IMG/VR virus record: IMGVR_UViG_3300036982_000142
Span: 1-30,646 of that record
From: a virus
Taxonomy: Duplodnaviria > Caudoviricetes
Strand: one strand, 5' to 3'
Length of the DNA: 30,646 nt
The translations under genes and the position numbers were made by a program. Below are positions 8,803-17,212 of this stretch, in pieces. The first letter of the stretch is position 1, and every line of letters begins with the position of its first letter. The notes under the pieces were generated by a model. The model saw only the letters and a program-made list of their open reading frames with translations. It was not told the origin of the DNA and ran no database searches.

Positions 8803-8961
8803 ATGAAAACTTACAAGATTAATTTTTTAGACGCAGAAGAAAATGTTATTTATTCTAAAGTAGATACTTTCTACGATGAGCATGACGCTAACAAATACGC
8901 AAGAACAAAATTAGCAACGACTTCAGATGAGTGTGTAACCTTTGAAATTTGGGAAGCATGA
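8803..8961 (+). CDS. Small early protein, 52 aa (MKTYKINFLD...)
   Basis: Not in the ORF track; A-rich leader, ATGA coupling to the next ORF. Confidence 0.7.
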   Translation: MKTYKINFLDAEENVIYSKVDTFYDEHDANKYARTKLATTSDECVTFEIWEA

Positions 8962-9071
8962 AAAACTTAATTACCTATTTCACCCCACGCAACGCAGACG
9001 AGCGTAACGCTTTAGGCGGTCTTTTCGTCGGCATCTTAATCATTTTATTAATTATCATCTTAATCCCTTAA
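8958..9071 (+). CDS. Small membrane peptide, 37 aa (MKNLITYFTPRNADERNALGGLFVGILIILLIIILIP)
   Basis: Not in the ORF track; ATGA overlap, single C-terminal hydrophobic helix. Confidence 0.65.
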   Translation: MKNLITYFTPRNADERNALGGLFVGILIILLIIILIP

Positions 9072-9074
9072 ACC

Positions 9075-9290
9075 ATGTCAGCATACGAATTTAAACAGCA
9101 AGTAATTATCGAACAAAAGAACGATAAAATTGAAGCACTTATTGAGGGCTACAAAGAAATAATGAGACAACTTAACCACAACCAAAAGTTCGCAAAGACG
9201 GACGCAGAAAAAACCGCTTACTTCACGGCTCGTAATATAGTCGAAGAAACAATGATTGAAATAGCAGACATTAACGTAACCGATATTTAA
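9075..9290 (+). CDS. Hypothetical protein
   Basis: 71-aa ORF in tightly packed early operon. Confidence 0.7.
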   Translation: MSAYEFKQQVIIEQKNDKIEALIEGYKEIMRQLNHNQKFAKTDAEKTAYFTARNIVEETMIEIADINVTDI

Positions 9291-9291
9291 G

Positions 9292-9453
9292 ATGTACGAA
9301 GAAATTATAACACGTTGTGAATACTGCAACGGCACAGGCGTAGGAGAATACGTAACTGAATACGGACCATGGGGACGTGAAGTAAAAGACACTTGTCACG
9401 AATGCGAAGGTGACGGAATGATAACTAAACTTGTCGAATATGAAGAAGAATAA
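9292..9453 (+). CDS. DnaJ-type zinc-finger miniprotein, 53 aa
   Basis: Not in the ORF track; two CxxCxGxG motifs (CEYCNGTG, CHECEGDG). Confidence 0.75.
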   Translation: MYEEIITRCEYCNGTGVGEYVTEYGPWGREVKDTCHECEGDGMITKLVEYEEE

Positions 9454-9595
9454 GATTAAGTGCAACATAACGCACTTTCAAGAGCAATTAAAACGACAGT
9501 TGGCAATCACCCACGGAGATAGAAAAAATTGGTGGACGAACTACAACGCAGACTTAGTAAATAGAATTAGTGAAATTAAAAAAGCAACGACATGA
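9440..9595 (+). CDS. Hypothetical protein, 51 aa (MKKNKIKC...)
   Basis: Not in the ORF track; fills the gap and ends in an ATGA overlap with 9592. Confidence 0.6.
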   Translation: MKKNKIKCNITHFQEQLKRQLAITHGDRKNWWTNYNADLVNRISEIKKATT

Positions 9596-9783
9596 AGGCA
9601 TACGATAAAATACGAATTTGGATTGTAGATGAGGTTGAACCTGACGGAGGTTTTTGGTGTTTAGGTTTCTTGGATAAAGACCTAAATTTTAGACAAAGCC
9701 AATATAACTACAAAGGAAAAGAAGACGAACTCGACAGCATTTATCAGTACATTAAATGGGGTTATAAAATAGAAAAATTATGA
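9592..9783 (+). CDS. Hypothetical protein
   Basis: 63-aa ORF, ATGA overlaps at both ends. Confidence 0.7.
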   Translation: MKAYDKIRIWIVDEVEPDGGFWCLGFLDKDLNFRQSQYNYKGKEDELDSIYQYIKWGYKIEKL

Positions 9784-9923
9784 GATGGAAAGTAACTTAC
9801 AAGGGCTACGCTCACAAAACTTGGATTGAAATGTACAAGATAGTGACAGCCAACAGCAAAGAAGACGCAATCAAAAAAGCCGACCTTTGGGAAGGTGTAA
9901 TTTTAAAAGTAGAAATGATATGA
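9780..9923 (+). CDS. Hypothetical protein, 47 aa (MRWKVTYKG...)
   Basis: Not in the ORF track; ATGA overlaps at both ends. Confidence 0.65.
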   Translation: MRWKVTYKGYAHKTWIEMYKIVTANSKEDAIKKADLWEGVILKVEMI

Positions 9924-10738
9924 AACAAATACTTTTTAACGACCACTTCCAGAATTTTAAGACGTATAATTTACACAAAGCGCAGTTAATTATTGCCGAT
10001 ATACCTTACAATTTAGGAAACAACGCATACGCAAGTAACCCGGCATGGTATAAAGACGGAGACAACTCCAACGGAGAAAGTGAATTAGCTGGAAAATCTT
10101 TTTTCGACACGGACGAGAATTTTAAACCTGCCGAATTTATGCACTTTTGCAGTAAGCTATTGAAAAACGAACCAAAGGAAAAAGGACAAGCACCATGCAT
10201 GATAGTATTTTGCGCCTTTGACCAACAAATGTATCTTATTGAACTTGCTAAACGGTACGGCTTAAACAATTACATAAACCTTGTATTTAGGAAAAACTTT
10301 TCGGCTCAGGTATTAAAAGCAAATATGAAAGTAGTCGGTAACTGTGAATATGGTGTGTTATTTTACCGTGAGAAATTACCTAAATTCAACAACAAAGGTA
10401 AGATGATATTCAACTGCATCGAATGGGAGCGTGATGACAACTTAGTTAATAAGCTACACCCAACGCAAAAACCCGTTAAACTACTCAAAAAGTTAATAGA
10501 GATATTTACGGACGAAGGCGATATTGTCATTGACCCCTGCGCAGGAAGCGGAAGTACATTAGTTGCTGCGTTAGAAATGAAACGAAAAGCATATGGGTTT
10601 GAAATTAAAAAGGACTTTCATAAACAAGCGAGTGAATGGGTTGATGTGGTAAGGCAACGGATAGCAGACATTGACGAGTTCGGCTTTTCAAAGACGGAAA
10701 TGGATAAATCAAGTACAAATTTATTTACAGATATATGA
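9920..10738 (+). CDS. Orphan DNA methyltransferase, N6-adenine/N4-cytosine, beta class
   Basis: Motif IV variant DIPY, HPTQKP, motif I DPCAGSGST; start moved to ATG 9920 (ATGA coupling). Confidence 0.9.
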   Translation: MKQILFNDHFQNFKTYNLHKAQLIIADIPYNLGNNAYASNPAWYKDGDNSNGESELAGKSFFDTDENFKPAEFMHFCSKLLKNEPKEKGQAPCMIVFCAFDQQMYLIELAKRYGLNNYINLVFRKNFSAQVLKANMKVVGNCEYGVLFYREKLPKFNNKGKMIFNCIEWERDDNLVNKLHPTQKPVKLLKKLIEIFTDEGDIVIDPCAGSGSTLVAALEMKRKAYGFEIKKDFHKQASEWVDVVRQRIADIDEFGFSKTEMDKSSTNLFTDI

Positions 10739-10989
10739 CCAACGACATTAAACTAATAGCAGCGACTTCAATCCTCCCGGTACTTGCTGACTTCCTCGAA
10801 GACCTGAACGAAGATAAAGCGTTTCGTACCGACATGAAGATAGCAACGTTAAACCTCATCGGACAAATACGAAAACTCGATGAAAGGATAATGAAGAACG
10901 CAAGTAACGAGACGAGCGAACAACAAGTAAACATTCAAATAGCATTTAGACAATGGTTAAAATCGGCACAACATACGGAAGAAAACTAA
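10735..10989 (+). CDS. Hypothetical protein
   Basis: 84-aa helical ORF coupled to the methyltransferase. Confidence 0.7.
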   Translation: MTNDIKLIAATSILPVLADFLEDLNEDKAFRTDMKIATLNLIGQIRKLDERIMKNASNETSEQQVNIQIAFRQWLKSAQHTEEN

Positions 10990-11393
10990 TCTACATAAAG
11001 GCGCAACTTCCAAGACGTAACTTTTACACTATGCATGAATTTTTCATAGTTTGTCCGTGTTCTCACGAGTCACTAAAGGAAGCTAATAGACTGCGTCAGC
11101 TGATGCAATGGCGTCAAGTTGGTATGGTTTGGGCTACGTTGTCAGGACTTTCACTCACTGAGGCGGGACGTTTGTTTAACAAGAACCACGCAACGGTAAT
11201 TCACTCCCAAGAAATGGTTAAACTTGCACTGGAAGGATATCACCCCGAATTAAAGGATAAGTTTATGGAGGTTATGGAGTCGGTGGAGTTAGCGCAGTCA
11301 GCATCTCACGACATTAACACGAACTACATTATTTCGAGTAGACGTATTGAAAAATTGTTGATAAAACGTTACGAAAGAATTAACCGCATTTAG
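10953..11393 (+). CDS. Protein with DnaA C-terminal (domain IV)-like HTH
   Basis: SLTEAGRLFNKNHATVIHS resembles DnaA SLxEIGxxFGxRDHTTVxHA; true start uncertain. Confidence 0.7.
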   Translation: MVKIGTTYGRKLIYIKAQLPRRNFYTMHEFFIVCPCSHESLKEANRLRQLMQWRQVGMVWATLSGLSLTEAGRLFNKNHATVIHSQEMVKLALEGYHPELKDKFMEVMESVELAQSASHDINTNYIISSRRIEKLLIKRYERINRI

Positions 11394-11406
11394 GACGTAA
11401 TACTTA
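11381..11406 (+). promoter_or_regulatory. Variant of the phage motif, TAACCG-N14-TACTTA
   Basis: One mismatch, same 14-nt spacer; upstream of the structured leader. Confidence 0.65.
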
Positions 11407-11419
11407 ATTTAGTAGACAC

Positions 11420-11513
11420 AAGTTCACATCCTACATTATATGAACTTTAAAGGCGTTATTAGCCCTTGCAATGAATGACAGGTAGGATGGTCAGGATTTG
11501 TGAGGGTTTTTTT
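11420..11513 (+). ncRNA. Structured RNA leader/attenuator with complementary loops
   Basis: Two hairpins; loop CATCCTAC (11427-34) complementary to loop GTAGGATG (11482-89); ends in a T-run. Confidence 0.6.
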
Positions 11514-11533
11514 ATTTTTTAAAAATTTAAGTT

Positions 11534-11719
11534 ATGAACGAAGAAAAAGATTATTTAAAATTTGAGTGTAAATTGACTCCTCAAAAGGGTGATGTATTAT
11601 TTGTAAGTGATGGAAGAACTATGTTATTTCAAGTTGGTAATGACGAAAATTTTAATTCAGTTGGTTTGAATAAGGAAGATGTTAAGGAGTTAATTCAATA
11701 TTTAGTAAAATACTTATGA
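11534..11719 (+). CDS. Hypothetical protein
   Basis: 61-aa ORF coupled (ATGA) to the initiator gene. Confidence 0.65.
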   Translation: MNEEKDYLKFECKLTPQKGDVLFVSDGRTMLFQVGNDENFNSVGLNKEDVKELIQYLVKYL

Positions 11720-12390
11720 ACGGATATGATTTAAGCAGAAACTTCTGCAACTGGGCATTTGAAAACCCCGACAAAGTAAAGCCAATTCACTATGCAATTT
11801 TCTACTTTGCTATTGAACACTGCAACCGTTTAGGATGGAAGGACAAATTCGGTCTTCCTTCACAAATGGTTATGGAGGCAATAGGAGTTAAAAATTGGAG
11901 AACGTATGCAGCAGGATTAAACGAACTTGTTGAATTTGGGTTTATTGAAATGGTTGAAATTAGCAAAAATCAATACTCATCTAATATAATTGCTATTGTA
12001 AAAAATACCAAAGCACCTACCAAAGCATTAGACAAAGCATTGTCAAAGCACAGTACAAAGCACAGTCAAAGCACTGTTAGTATAGTTAAACAAGAAACAA
12101 TAAACAAAGAACAACTACACCCATTGGTTATTTATTTAAATACTAATTGTGAACAAGTGCAAGGTTTATCGTCGCCAATAAACAACTTGGACGCTGAACG
12201 TCTGTTAGTTGAATTTGACAAACACGACTTAGTGGAGGTGTTTATGGCAATGGAAAACACGAAGGAACTTAAAAAGAAATACAATAGTGCTAATTTGACA
12301 GTTAGGTCTTGGATAAAAAGACGACAAAAAGATAGTAGTACCTTCGGACAAATTAAACAACAAGACAAATTCAAAGCGGCATGGCAATAG
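11716..12390 (+). CDS. Replication initiator (winged-HTH N-terminus, lambda O/DnaD-like organisation)
   Basis: N-terminal wHTH-like segment (IGVKNWRTY..GLNELVEFGFIE), iteron-coded linker, directly upstream of the helicase. Confidence 0.7.
   Translation: MNGYDLSRNFCNWAFENPDKVKPIHYAIFYFAIEHCNRLGWKDKFGLPSQMVMEAIGVKNWRTYAAGLNELVEFGFIEMVEISKNQYSSNIIAIVKNTKAPTKALDKALSKHSTKHSQSTVSIVKQETINKEQLHPLVIYLNTNCEQVQGLSSPINNLDAERLLVEFDKHDLVEVFMAMENTKELKKKYNSANLTVRSWIKRRQKDSSTFGQIKQQDKFKAAWQ
12009..12073. repeat. Six CAAAGCA iterons, putative replication origin
   Basis: Copies at 12009, 12021, 12033, 12044, 12056, 12067, followed by an A-rich tract. Confidence 0.8.
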
Positions 12391-13364
12391 AAGGATTTAA
12401 AATAACGCAATCCGAAGACGTACTTAACCAACTCAAAACCTACCGAGACAAATACCACGACAAAGGTAAGTATTTAGGGTTTGAAGGATTAGATAAACAC
12501 TACTCCATGCAATTAGGAAATTGTACTGATTGGACGGGCTTTCCGATGAGCGGAAAAACGCAGGTGTTAATGGAGGTTTTAGTAAACTCATCTATGTTTT
12601 ATTCGTGGAAACATTTACTATACTTTCCTGACGTAGGAAATAATGTCGAAATCATTGCCGACCTATTACACAAAAAGACGAGCAAGTCATTTGACCCGAA
12701 CAAGCCAAACACGATTACTGATAAAGAAATCGAAAGTAACTTAGAATGGGTGCTATTACATTTTCACGTACTAACCAAAACGGACGTAAAAGCAAAGATG
12801 ACACCGATGGCATTTTGGGACTTAGCTGCTGAACTTAAAAAGACCGTTGGACTGGAGACTGCAAGTATAGATAGTTGGAAAGATATGAGTCACCCATACG
12901 ACGAGTTTGGCGGTTATGCGACTTATTTGGAGTACGTCCTTCCGTACCGCAATCACATTGCCGAAGAAAACAACTTGCACCTTCACACTATTATTCACCC
13001 TAAACTAACCGAGAAGGAAAACGGAAAACGAAACCCTCCCGGTCCTTACGACCTCAAAGGTGGCTCGGAGTGGTTTAATAGTGGTAAGTGTATGATAACG
13101 GTACACCGACACGATGTAATGGAAAACAAGGCGACAATCATTTTCAATAAGATTAAGCCCCGTTCGGTAGGTTCGATTGGTGAAATAGAACTATTTTTCG
13201 ACTTGAACTCACTTACATACTACGAACTGGATGCAGTTAACCCGAGCAATATGCAAAAGAGGTACGCTTCGCCAAAAGGTCAAACAATTACGAGTAAATT
13301 AGTGCCTGAATTGAACTTAATTATACCACCAACGAACCCATACATTAACGATTTACCATTCTAA
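12381..13364 (+). CDS. Replicative helicase, SF4 (DnaB/T7 gp4-like)
   Basis: Walker A GFPMSGKT, Walker B ASIDSW, HP.K, DLKGGSEW. Confidence 0.85.
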   Translation: MAIEGFKITQSEDVLNQLKTYRDKYHDKGKYLGFEGLDKHYSMQLGNCTDWTGFPMSGKTQVLMEVLVNSSMFYSWKHLLYFPDVGNNVEIIADLLHKKTSKSFDPNKPNTITDKEIESNLEWVLLHFHVLTKTDVKAKMTPMAFWDLAAELKKTVGLETASIDSWKDMSHPYDEFGGYATYLEYVLPYRNHIAEENNLHLHTIIHPKLTEKENGKRNPPGPYDLKGGSEWFNSGKCMITVHRHDVMENKATIIFNKIKPRSVGSIGEIELFFDLNSLTYYELDAVNPSNMQKRYASPKGQTITSKLVPELNLIIPPTNPYINDLPF

Positions 13365-13636
13365 TGAAAGAACTTGACATTTTAACCGCACAAATAAACC
13401 TTCAAACCCTCGACAAGGCATTGACGTTGAGCATTGAGGACTTGAAGGCAAAGCACTCGCACCGGGTAGACTTGATTAAGCCGATGGAAACACGATCAAT
13501 AGAACTGAAAGAAGCTATGCTCACATTTTACCGAGTATGCGAAGACCACAAGCAAGTGATAAAAAAGGTTTATGCGCTGCATGAGGAGAATTTGAGACTG
13601 AAGACTGAAAACACGGAACTAAAAAAGTTTATATGA
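13364..13636 (+). CDS. Hypothetical coiled-coil protein
   Basis: 90-aa ORF overlapping both neighbours. Confidence 0.65.
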   Translation: MKELDILTAQINLQTLDKALTLSIEDLKAKHSHRVDLIKPMETRSIELKEAMLTFYRVCEDHKQVIKKVYALHEENLRLKTENTELKKFI

Positions 13637-14154
13637 AGTCATGTAAAAAATGTGGTGAAACCTTTACACCATACCGCACCACTGACAAGTTTTGCTATAT
13701 CTGCACAAAGACGGAACAAGCACTAAAGAACCTCGCCAAAATGAAACGAGACAAGGTCAAGAAGCAAAAGGAAGACTTGTTAACCGTCTCGGACTATCTT
13801 AAATTGGCGCAGCAAGTATTTAACAAGTGGATAAGGCTACGGGATCAATACCAAGGTTGTATAAGTTGCGGCAATCCCCTCGGAAGCAAATACGATGCGG
13901 GTCACTTTTGGAGCGCAGGGGGACACTCATCCGTTCGGTTCAATGAGAACAACGTCCACGCTCAATGTGTGAGCTGCAACCAACATAAACACGGAAACTT
14001 ATTGCCGTACCGAGAGGCACTAATAAAGAAAATTGGACACGATGGCTACGGATGGCTTGAAACTTTTGCGCACGAAACCCGTAAATGGGACAAGGAAGAA
14101 CTGAAAGAATTAATAGCAACCTACAAAAAAAAGATAAAAGATGTTGTGTATTAA
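13633..14154 (+). CDS. ninG: NinG/Rap-like recombination endonuclease
   Basis: AQ.VFN.WIRLRD...CISCG, DAGHF, RF.E.N.HAQC..CN. Confidence 0.85.
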   Translation: MKSCKKCGETFTPYRTTDKFCYICTKTEQALKNLAKMKRDKVKKQKEDLLTVSDYLKLAQQVFNKWIRLRDQYQGCISCGNPLGSKYDAGHFWSAGGHSSVRFNENNVHAQCVSCNQHKHGNLLPYREALIKKIGHDGYGWLETFAHETRKWDKEELKELIATYKKKIKDVVY

Positions 14155-14172
14155 AAATAAAGCGTATATTTG
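14144..14172 (+). promoter_or_regulatory. Early promoter TTG-N18-TATATTTG
   Basis: Bacteroidota consensus; shares spacer GTATTAAAAATAAAGC with the 8734 promoter. Confidence 0.85.
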
Positions 14173-14196
14173 AAGACCAAACACAACAAAAGAAGT

Positions 14197-14340
14197 ATGA
14201 AAAAGATGAGCACCATTGCAGAATTAGACGCTAAAATGATTAAAATAGCGGCTTCCGTTAACATGACAGTTGAGCAATTTCGTAAATTGTCACGTAAGAA
14301 ATTCATTGCTATCTGCAATCAATACAACGCAACCAAATAA
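14197..14340 (+). CDS. Small basic protein, 47 aa (MKKMSTIAELD...)
   Basis: Not in the ORF track; first ORF after the promoter, A-rich leader. Confidence 0.65.
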   Translation: MKKMSTIAELDAKMIKIAASVNMTVEQFRKLSRKKFIAICNQYNATK

Positions 14341-14349
14341 ATAAACCAT

Positions 14350-14901
14350 ATGAAAAAAGAAGAAGTAAAAGTTGAAGAACTGGTTAAGGTCACGGGACTT
14401 TATCCAAAACTACACGCAGCCAAGCAGAAAATTGGCAAGGTCGTGAAGAATGCTAACAACCCCCATTTCAAGAAGTCCTATGCGGACATTAACGCATTGG
14501 TAGAGACAGTTGAACCTATCTTACTCGAACAAGGTCTTTTACTTATACAACCTATTTCGGAAGGGTTTGTTAGTACATTGATCATTGACATTGATAATGG
14601 AGACCAAGTGTGTTCGACTATGCGCCTTCCCGAAATCCAAGACCCTCAAAAGATTGGTTCTGCGGTGACTTATTACCGACGATATACCTTGCAGTCGTTA
14701 TTGAGTTTACAAGCGGAAGACGACGATGCAAACAGCGCCAGTGCAACGGTCAAAAACACGAAACCAACCATTACGCAAGAACGTTTCGAGAACGGACTTA
14801 CTCAAATAACCGAAGGTAAACTAACACCCGAAGCGTTTAAGAAGGCATTAAGCGGGTTTCAATTGACGGAATTACAAACTAAAGCACTATTAATACTATG
14901 A
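14350..14901 (+). CDS. erf: ERF-family single-strand annealing protein
   Basis: NPHFK..YA, Q..GSA.TY.RRY.L, EDDDA. Confidence 0.9.
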   Translation: MKKEEVKVEELVKVTGLYPKLHAAKQKIGKVVKNANNPHFKKSYADINALVETVEPILLEQGLLLIQPISEGFVSTLIIDIDNGDQVCSTMRLPEIQDPQKIGSAVTYYRRYTLQSLLSLQAEDDDANSASATVKNTKPTITQERFENGLTQITEGKLTPEAFKKALSGFQLTELQTKALLIL

Positions 14902-15569
14902 AAATACGCTGCAGCTCGTTAGGTAAGATAATGACTTCCCCCCGTACAAAGGGGGAGGTCTTGTCCCAAACCGCAAAGACGTACATTAAAGAACTGGTAA
15001 TCGAGGAAACCTTAGGGATCCGCAAGGAGTTTTCGTCACGCTATACTGACAAGGGCAATATTCAGGAAGACACAGCTATTGAGATGGCAAGTAAAGTTTT
15101 GAGTTTGCCGTTTGCGCTCAAAAACACGGAATACTTTGAGAACGAATTTATCAAAGGTACACCCGACTTGATCCTTGAAGACGAAATCGTAGACATTAAA
15201 TGCTCATGGGACGGCACTACCTTTCCTTGGTTTGAGGACGAACTACCGAATAAGGACTATTATTGGCAAATGGTCGGGTATATGTGGCTCACTGGAAGAA
15301 CGAAAGCCCGAATAGTTTACTGCCTTGTCGACACCCCCGAAGACATTGTGCAAGACGAGATTAGACGCACTTCGTGGAAGAAATTTGAGATTGATGTAAC
15401 TGAAGAAACTGAAACGGAGGTACGAGCGAAACACGAATTTAGCCACATAAGCGAAAATAAGCGTGTTAGAACGTACTTAGTCGAGTTAACCGAGGAAGAC
15501 ATTGCCAAGGTTACCGAACGTATCTTAGAAGCAAGAAAATACTACAACGAATTAATAGATAGATTGTAA
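14898..15569 (+). CDS. YqaJ/lambda-exonuclease-like PD-(D/E)XK nuclease
   Basis: R.SS, G...E, GTPD, DIKC, YYWQ..GYM; coupled to ERF. Confidence 0.85.
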   Translation: MKIRCSSLGKIMTSPRTKGEVLSQTAKTYIKELVIEETLGIRKEFSSRYTDKGNIQEDTAIEMASKVLSLPFALKNTEYFENEFIKGTPDLILEDEIVDIKCSWDGTTFPWFEDELPNKDYYWQMVGYMWLTGRTKARIVYCLVDTPEDIVQDEIRRTSWKKFEIDVTEETETEVRAKHEFSHISENKRVRTYLVELTEEDIAKVTERILEARKYYNELIDRL

Positions 15570-15627
15570 ACGAAAAGTGCATTATAACGCACAAAACACG
15601 AACAAAAAGTAATTTTAAAGACACGTT

Positions 15628-15855
15628 ATGAGAACAGCAGTAGAATTTTTAATAGAAGAATTGTATAAATTAGCAGTAATAAGTGACCATTTAGATAAAT
15701 CTGAATTTATTGAGGCAAGAACAATGATTTATGAAAAAGCCAAAGCAAGAGAAAAAGACCAATTAGGAGCGTTGTATTTAACATTGCTATTAAACACTCC
15801 CGACATAACGCAATTTGACTTTGAACAATGGTATAACGAAAAAACGAACCAATGA
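15628..15855 (+). CDS. Hypothetical protein (TAVE(W/F)L family)
   Basis: 75 aa; resembles 16049-16237. Confidence 0.65.
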   Translation: MRTAVEFLIEELYKLAVISDHLDKSEFIEARTMIYEKAKAREKDQLGALYLTLLLNTPDITQFDFEQWYNEKTNQ

Positions 15856-16052
15856 AAGTAGATAGAATAGTAATCCAAGTCCTAAACCAAATAGCTGACC
15901 GCAGCGAGAAGGGGCTTGAAAAATACGGAACTAACCTCGAAAGAACCGACCTTGAGACCTTGGACTGGTTGCAACACGCACAGGAGGAAGCAATGGATTT
16001 ATGTCTATATTTAGAAAGAATTAAAGAGCAAATCAAAAACAAACAGTTATGA
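15852..16052 (+). CDS. Small all-alpha protein, possibly NTP-pyrophosphatase-like
   Basis: R...G.EKYG..L and EE..D...Y acidic motif. Confidence 0.5.
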   Translation: MKVDRIVIQVLNQIADRSEKGLEKYGTNLERTDLETLDWLQHAQEEAMDLCLYLERIKEQIKNKQL

Positions 16053-16237
16053 AAAAACAAACAGCCGTTGAATGGCTTGTAGAGCAAATCAAAAGTGATA
16101 GTGATATTATTTTTTGTTATGACAAAAATGTGCATCCATTTGACAAATATGTAGAGACAGCCAAAGCAATGGAAAAAGAACAAAAAATTGAAAAGTATTT
16201 CAAAGGTGTTAAAAAAGGTAAGAAACTTTTATTTTAA
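16049..16237 (+). CDS. Hypothetical protein (TAVEWL family)
   Basis: 62 aa; QTAVEWL...AKAMEKEQ. Confidence 0.65.
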   Translation: MKKQTAVEWLVEQIKSDSDIIFCYDKNVHPFDKYVETAKAMEKEQKIEKYFKGVKKGKKLLF

Positions 16238-16247
16238 ACAAACAATT

Positions 16248-16385
16248 ATGAAAACAACAGTGTACAACACATGGAAACAATGGGGGGTAATATGCTTTAC
16301 TCCAATGGTAGCAATCGACTTTGACGACAAAGTAATTAGAATTGCATGGATTATTTTACAAATCGAAATCAACAAAAACAAGTAA
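16248..16385 (+). CDS. Hypothetical protein, 45 aa
   Basis: Start moved to ATG 16248 behind an A-rich leader. Confidence 0.55.
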   Translation: MKTTVYNTWKQWGVICFTPMVAIDFDDKVIRIAWIILQIEINKNK

Positions 16386-16386
16386 G

Positions 16387-16623
16387 ATGAGTTACGAACA
16401 CAAAGCAAACACGGGTACACTTTTCCCTAACAACAAAAAAGCAGACACGCACCCGGACTACAAGGGTAAAATCAAGGTAGGCGAAGTCGAGTACGAACTT
16501 GCAGGGTGGATTAAAAAGACGGACAAAGGACAATTCCTTTCATTGAAACTATCCGAACCCTTCCAACCTACACCACAAAGCACCTCGGAGAAAATTATGG
16601 ACTCAACGGGTATTCCATTTTGA
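16387..16623 (+). CDS. Putative single-stranded DNA-binding protein (DUF736-like)
   Basis: GTLF.N..K...HPDY.G, AGW, LSL, C-terminal IPF tail; start moved to ATG 16387. Confidence 0.7.
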   Translation: MSYEHKANTGTLFPNNKKADTHPDYKGKIKVGEVEYELAGWIKKTDKGQFLSLKLSEPFQPTPQSTSEKIMDSTGIPF

Positions 16624-16844
16624 GAGTAGCAGAACTTACCCAACTCAACGGCTTTCTTCGGGAGGTCGTTGAGTCACGGCTCGAAGTGGAAAGTATGCGG
16701 TCTTTTTGCAGACGGTCTAAAGTCCAGTGCAGCCAAGTGAAGAAGTTACTAAACAACGAGGGCGGATTAAACACGACCACAGTTCAACGAATTGCCCACG
16801 CACTAATTGACTCACGTTATGAGGCGCATGACATTTCTATTTAA
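16620..16844 (+). CDS. Putative Cro/XRE-like HTH protein
   Basis: TTG start; SMRSFCRRSKVQCSQVKKLLN and TTVQRIA..L pattern. Confidence 0.5.
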   Translation: MRVAELTQLNGFLREVVESRLEVESMRSFCRRSKVQCSQVKKLLNNEGGLNTTTVQRIAHALIDSRYEAHDISI

Positions 16845-16881
16845 GATATGTGGTAAAATTTAGGACTTAACCTTTAAAGAA

Positions 16882-17208
16882 ATGAATAAACAAATAGCAA
16901 TTGAACTTGACAGCGCAGTTAAAATAGTAGCAGATAGATTTTCAAGAACAGATAGAGAAATGAATCACAATAATGAGACATTTCATGTGGACAAAATTTA
17001 TCCAACTGGAGACCATACAGCCACGGTAATGTTTAAAAAATCATCTGGTAAATTAGGTGCTGCTTTCTTTTATTACATTCCTAATGGTATGAGTAAAGGA
17101 TGGAAATATTTTTTCCCTACAGATTCTCACATTATTGGAATGAGAGCATTTGAATGGTATAAACTTATGGCAGAAAATGAAAACTATCAGCATAATTTTA
17201 AATCATAA
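16882..17208 (+). CDS. Hypothetical protein
   Basis: 108-aa ORF, more AT-rich than its neighbours. Confidence 0.7.
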   Translation: MNKQIAIELDSAVKIVADRFSRTDREMNHNNETFHVDKIYPTGDHTATVMFKKSSGKLGAAFFYYIPNGMSKGWKYFFPTDSHIIGMRAFEWYKLMAENENYQHNFKS

Positions 17209-17212
17209 TAAA

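Noticed and set aside
9887-9919. ORF-track TTG start of the methyltransferase
   Set aside because: Overlaps ORF 9780-9923; ATG 9920 gives standard ATGA coupling
9920-10738. Restriction-modification system
   Set aside because: No cognate endonuclease nearby; orphan phage methyltransferases are common
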